Source: the human T2T-CHM13v2.0 reference genome, Homo sapiens
Strand: one strand, 5' to 3'
DNA: 64,000 bases
Assembly: GCF_009914755.1 (NCBI RefSeq)
Contig: NC_060940.1
Shown: piece after piece, positions 62,705 through 64,000 of the stretch
How positions within the stretch are numbered: the stretch's first letter is position 1
How the letters are laid out: each line of letters starts with the position of its first letter
The notes under the pieces: model-generated
Seen by the model: only the letters and a program-made list of their open reading frames with translations
What the model was told of the DNA's origin: nothing
Databases searched by the model: none
Made by a program: the position numbers and the translations under genes

Positions 62705-64000
62705 CGGTGTTAAAGAGAGATCGGAACTTTATTGAGACTGATGAAATCAGAACCAAAAGAACACTGGAAAGGTTCTGCCACTGTCCAGGCACAGATCCTT
62801 CCAGACACTCCTCTTGGGGGAATCTCTGGATCATTAAGTTTCCCCCAGTTCCTAATCCCCCACCCCAAAGAGTCAGAATTCTGCTTAAAGCCCCCTCCAC
62901 GGAGCTGGCCAGAAACCAGACACTGAGTATCTGTACTGACTGATGGGCAGGCCTGTGAGCAGCAGAGACAAGAGAAATCAGAGAAGGAACACGAAAAGGA
63001 AAACATGACGGAAAGAAAAGCCCAAGGCAGGGAGAGCATGCTGATAACGCAGCCCCCTGAAAATATAAATATTGCATGAATGTATTAGCCTCATCCCAGC
63101 CATTTCCCCCAAAGCAGTGGTGACACCAACAGCTATGACAATGCCCACACAGTTGTGCATCTTTTTTTGTTTTTCCCCTGACTACACAGAAAAACAGATC
63201 TGCCAAAGCAGCTCACAGCATGGAGGAGCAGGCAGGGGAAAGTGGGAGGGCCCCTCCCCCAAGAGGGCAGACAGTACAGAGATGAGGCGAGGGGTTCTGG
63301 GGTTTGCGGAGGGTGGTTAATGAGAAGAAAAGTCCAGGACAGATTCCATCTCATCAGCCCCTATCACAGGCTCCGTGGATGCCCCTTGCAGAACTCACTG
63401 TTCTTTCCTGGTCGACTCGTTCCTTGGAAACATTGTCCTGAGTGCCCTGGAACCTCGGGTGTTCTTGTGGAAGGGTCCAGGCCCTCCACAAAGCCAAACG
63501 CAACGGCCCCTGTGACAGCATGCACCAGAGTGATAACAATTCTGAGAACCGGGAATTCCTAACTCGAGGTTCTCCTCATAGACCTAACCTGACTGCCAAC
63601 TGGCTTACCCTGCCTGACCTCAGAGTGCCTCTCCCTCTGCCTGCCTTTCCACTGTCCTGGGTCCAGGATGACTTCCTGGTGCTGAGCTGGTGCATCCTGA
63701 CTCCTGCCTCGTGGGTAAGGCCCCCAGGACAGCTTGTTCCCAAGAGAAGCGGCTGGCTGTGTACAAAGGAGCCCCTCGAGGCAGCCCGGGCTGGGTCTCC
63801 TGGGCATGCACAGACTGTGCACCATGCACATTTCACCATCCAAAGGCTGCTTCTTCCCTGCAGGTCCTGCCCCTCTGCTCCCCACCACCTGCTGTGGAGC
63901 CGTGCATGCTAGCCTTGCAAGACTGTTACAAGTTCTCTACTCCCTAGAGTCTATGTGATCTCCCTAATCTCTCTTGGACAACATACACACATATTCACAC
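62705..64000 (-). other. Probable 3' UTR end of a minus-strand gene lying to the right of the window
   Basis: Repeat-free stretch, U-rich on the minus strand, ending at AATAAA (62733-62728) followed by a GU/U-rich element; no recognisable CDS. Confidence 0.55.
62728..62733 (-). terminator. Polyadenylation signal AATAAA
   Basis: Minus strand reads tctcAATAAAgttccgatctctctttaacaccgcgtgctttctc. Confidence 0.55.

Noticed and set aside
62679-63206. 175-aa hydrophobic minus-strand ORF
   Set aside because: Non-ATG start in the track, runs through the putative polyA signal, no recognisable family; more likely UTR.

Overview
Primate (human-like) genomic DNA, very Alu-dense (roughly half of the window by eye), with older MaLR/ERVL LTRs, L1, L2, MIR and a Tigger DNA transposon. 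I recognise no intact protein-coding exon; nearly all ORFs in the track are Alu, L1 or low-complexity translations. The clear non-repeat landmarks are a full-length processed DBI/ACBP pseudogene split by two Alus (3.5-4.7 kb), a CpG-island promoter with NRF1 and GC boxes (about 56.6-58.0 kb) next to a (GGAA)14 microsatellite, and an Alu-free stretch at the right end that looks like the 3' UTR and polyA site of a minus-strand gene lying outside the window. I could not identify the locus. I found no convincing undescribed biological system. The most interesting observations are small-scale: templated fold-back scars in Alus, repeated reuse of single retrotransposon target sites, a possible RTE-class LINE fossil, and candidate splice/polyA signals. 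Repeat subfamily names come from recalled consensus motifs, and repeat boundaries are approximate.
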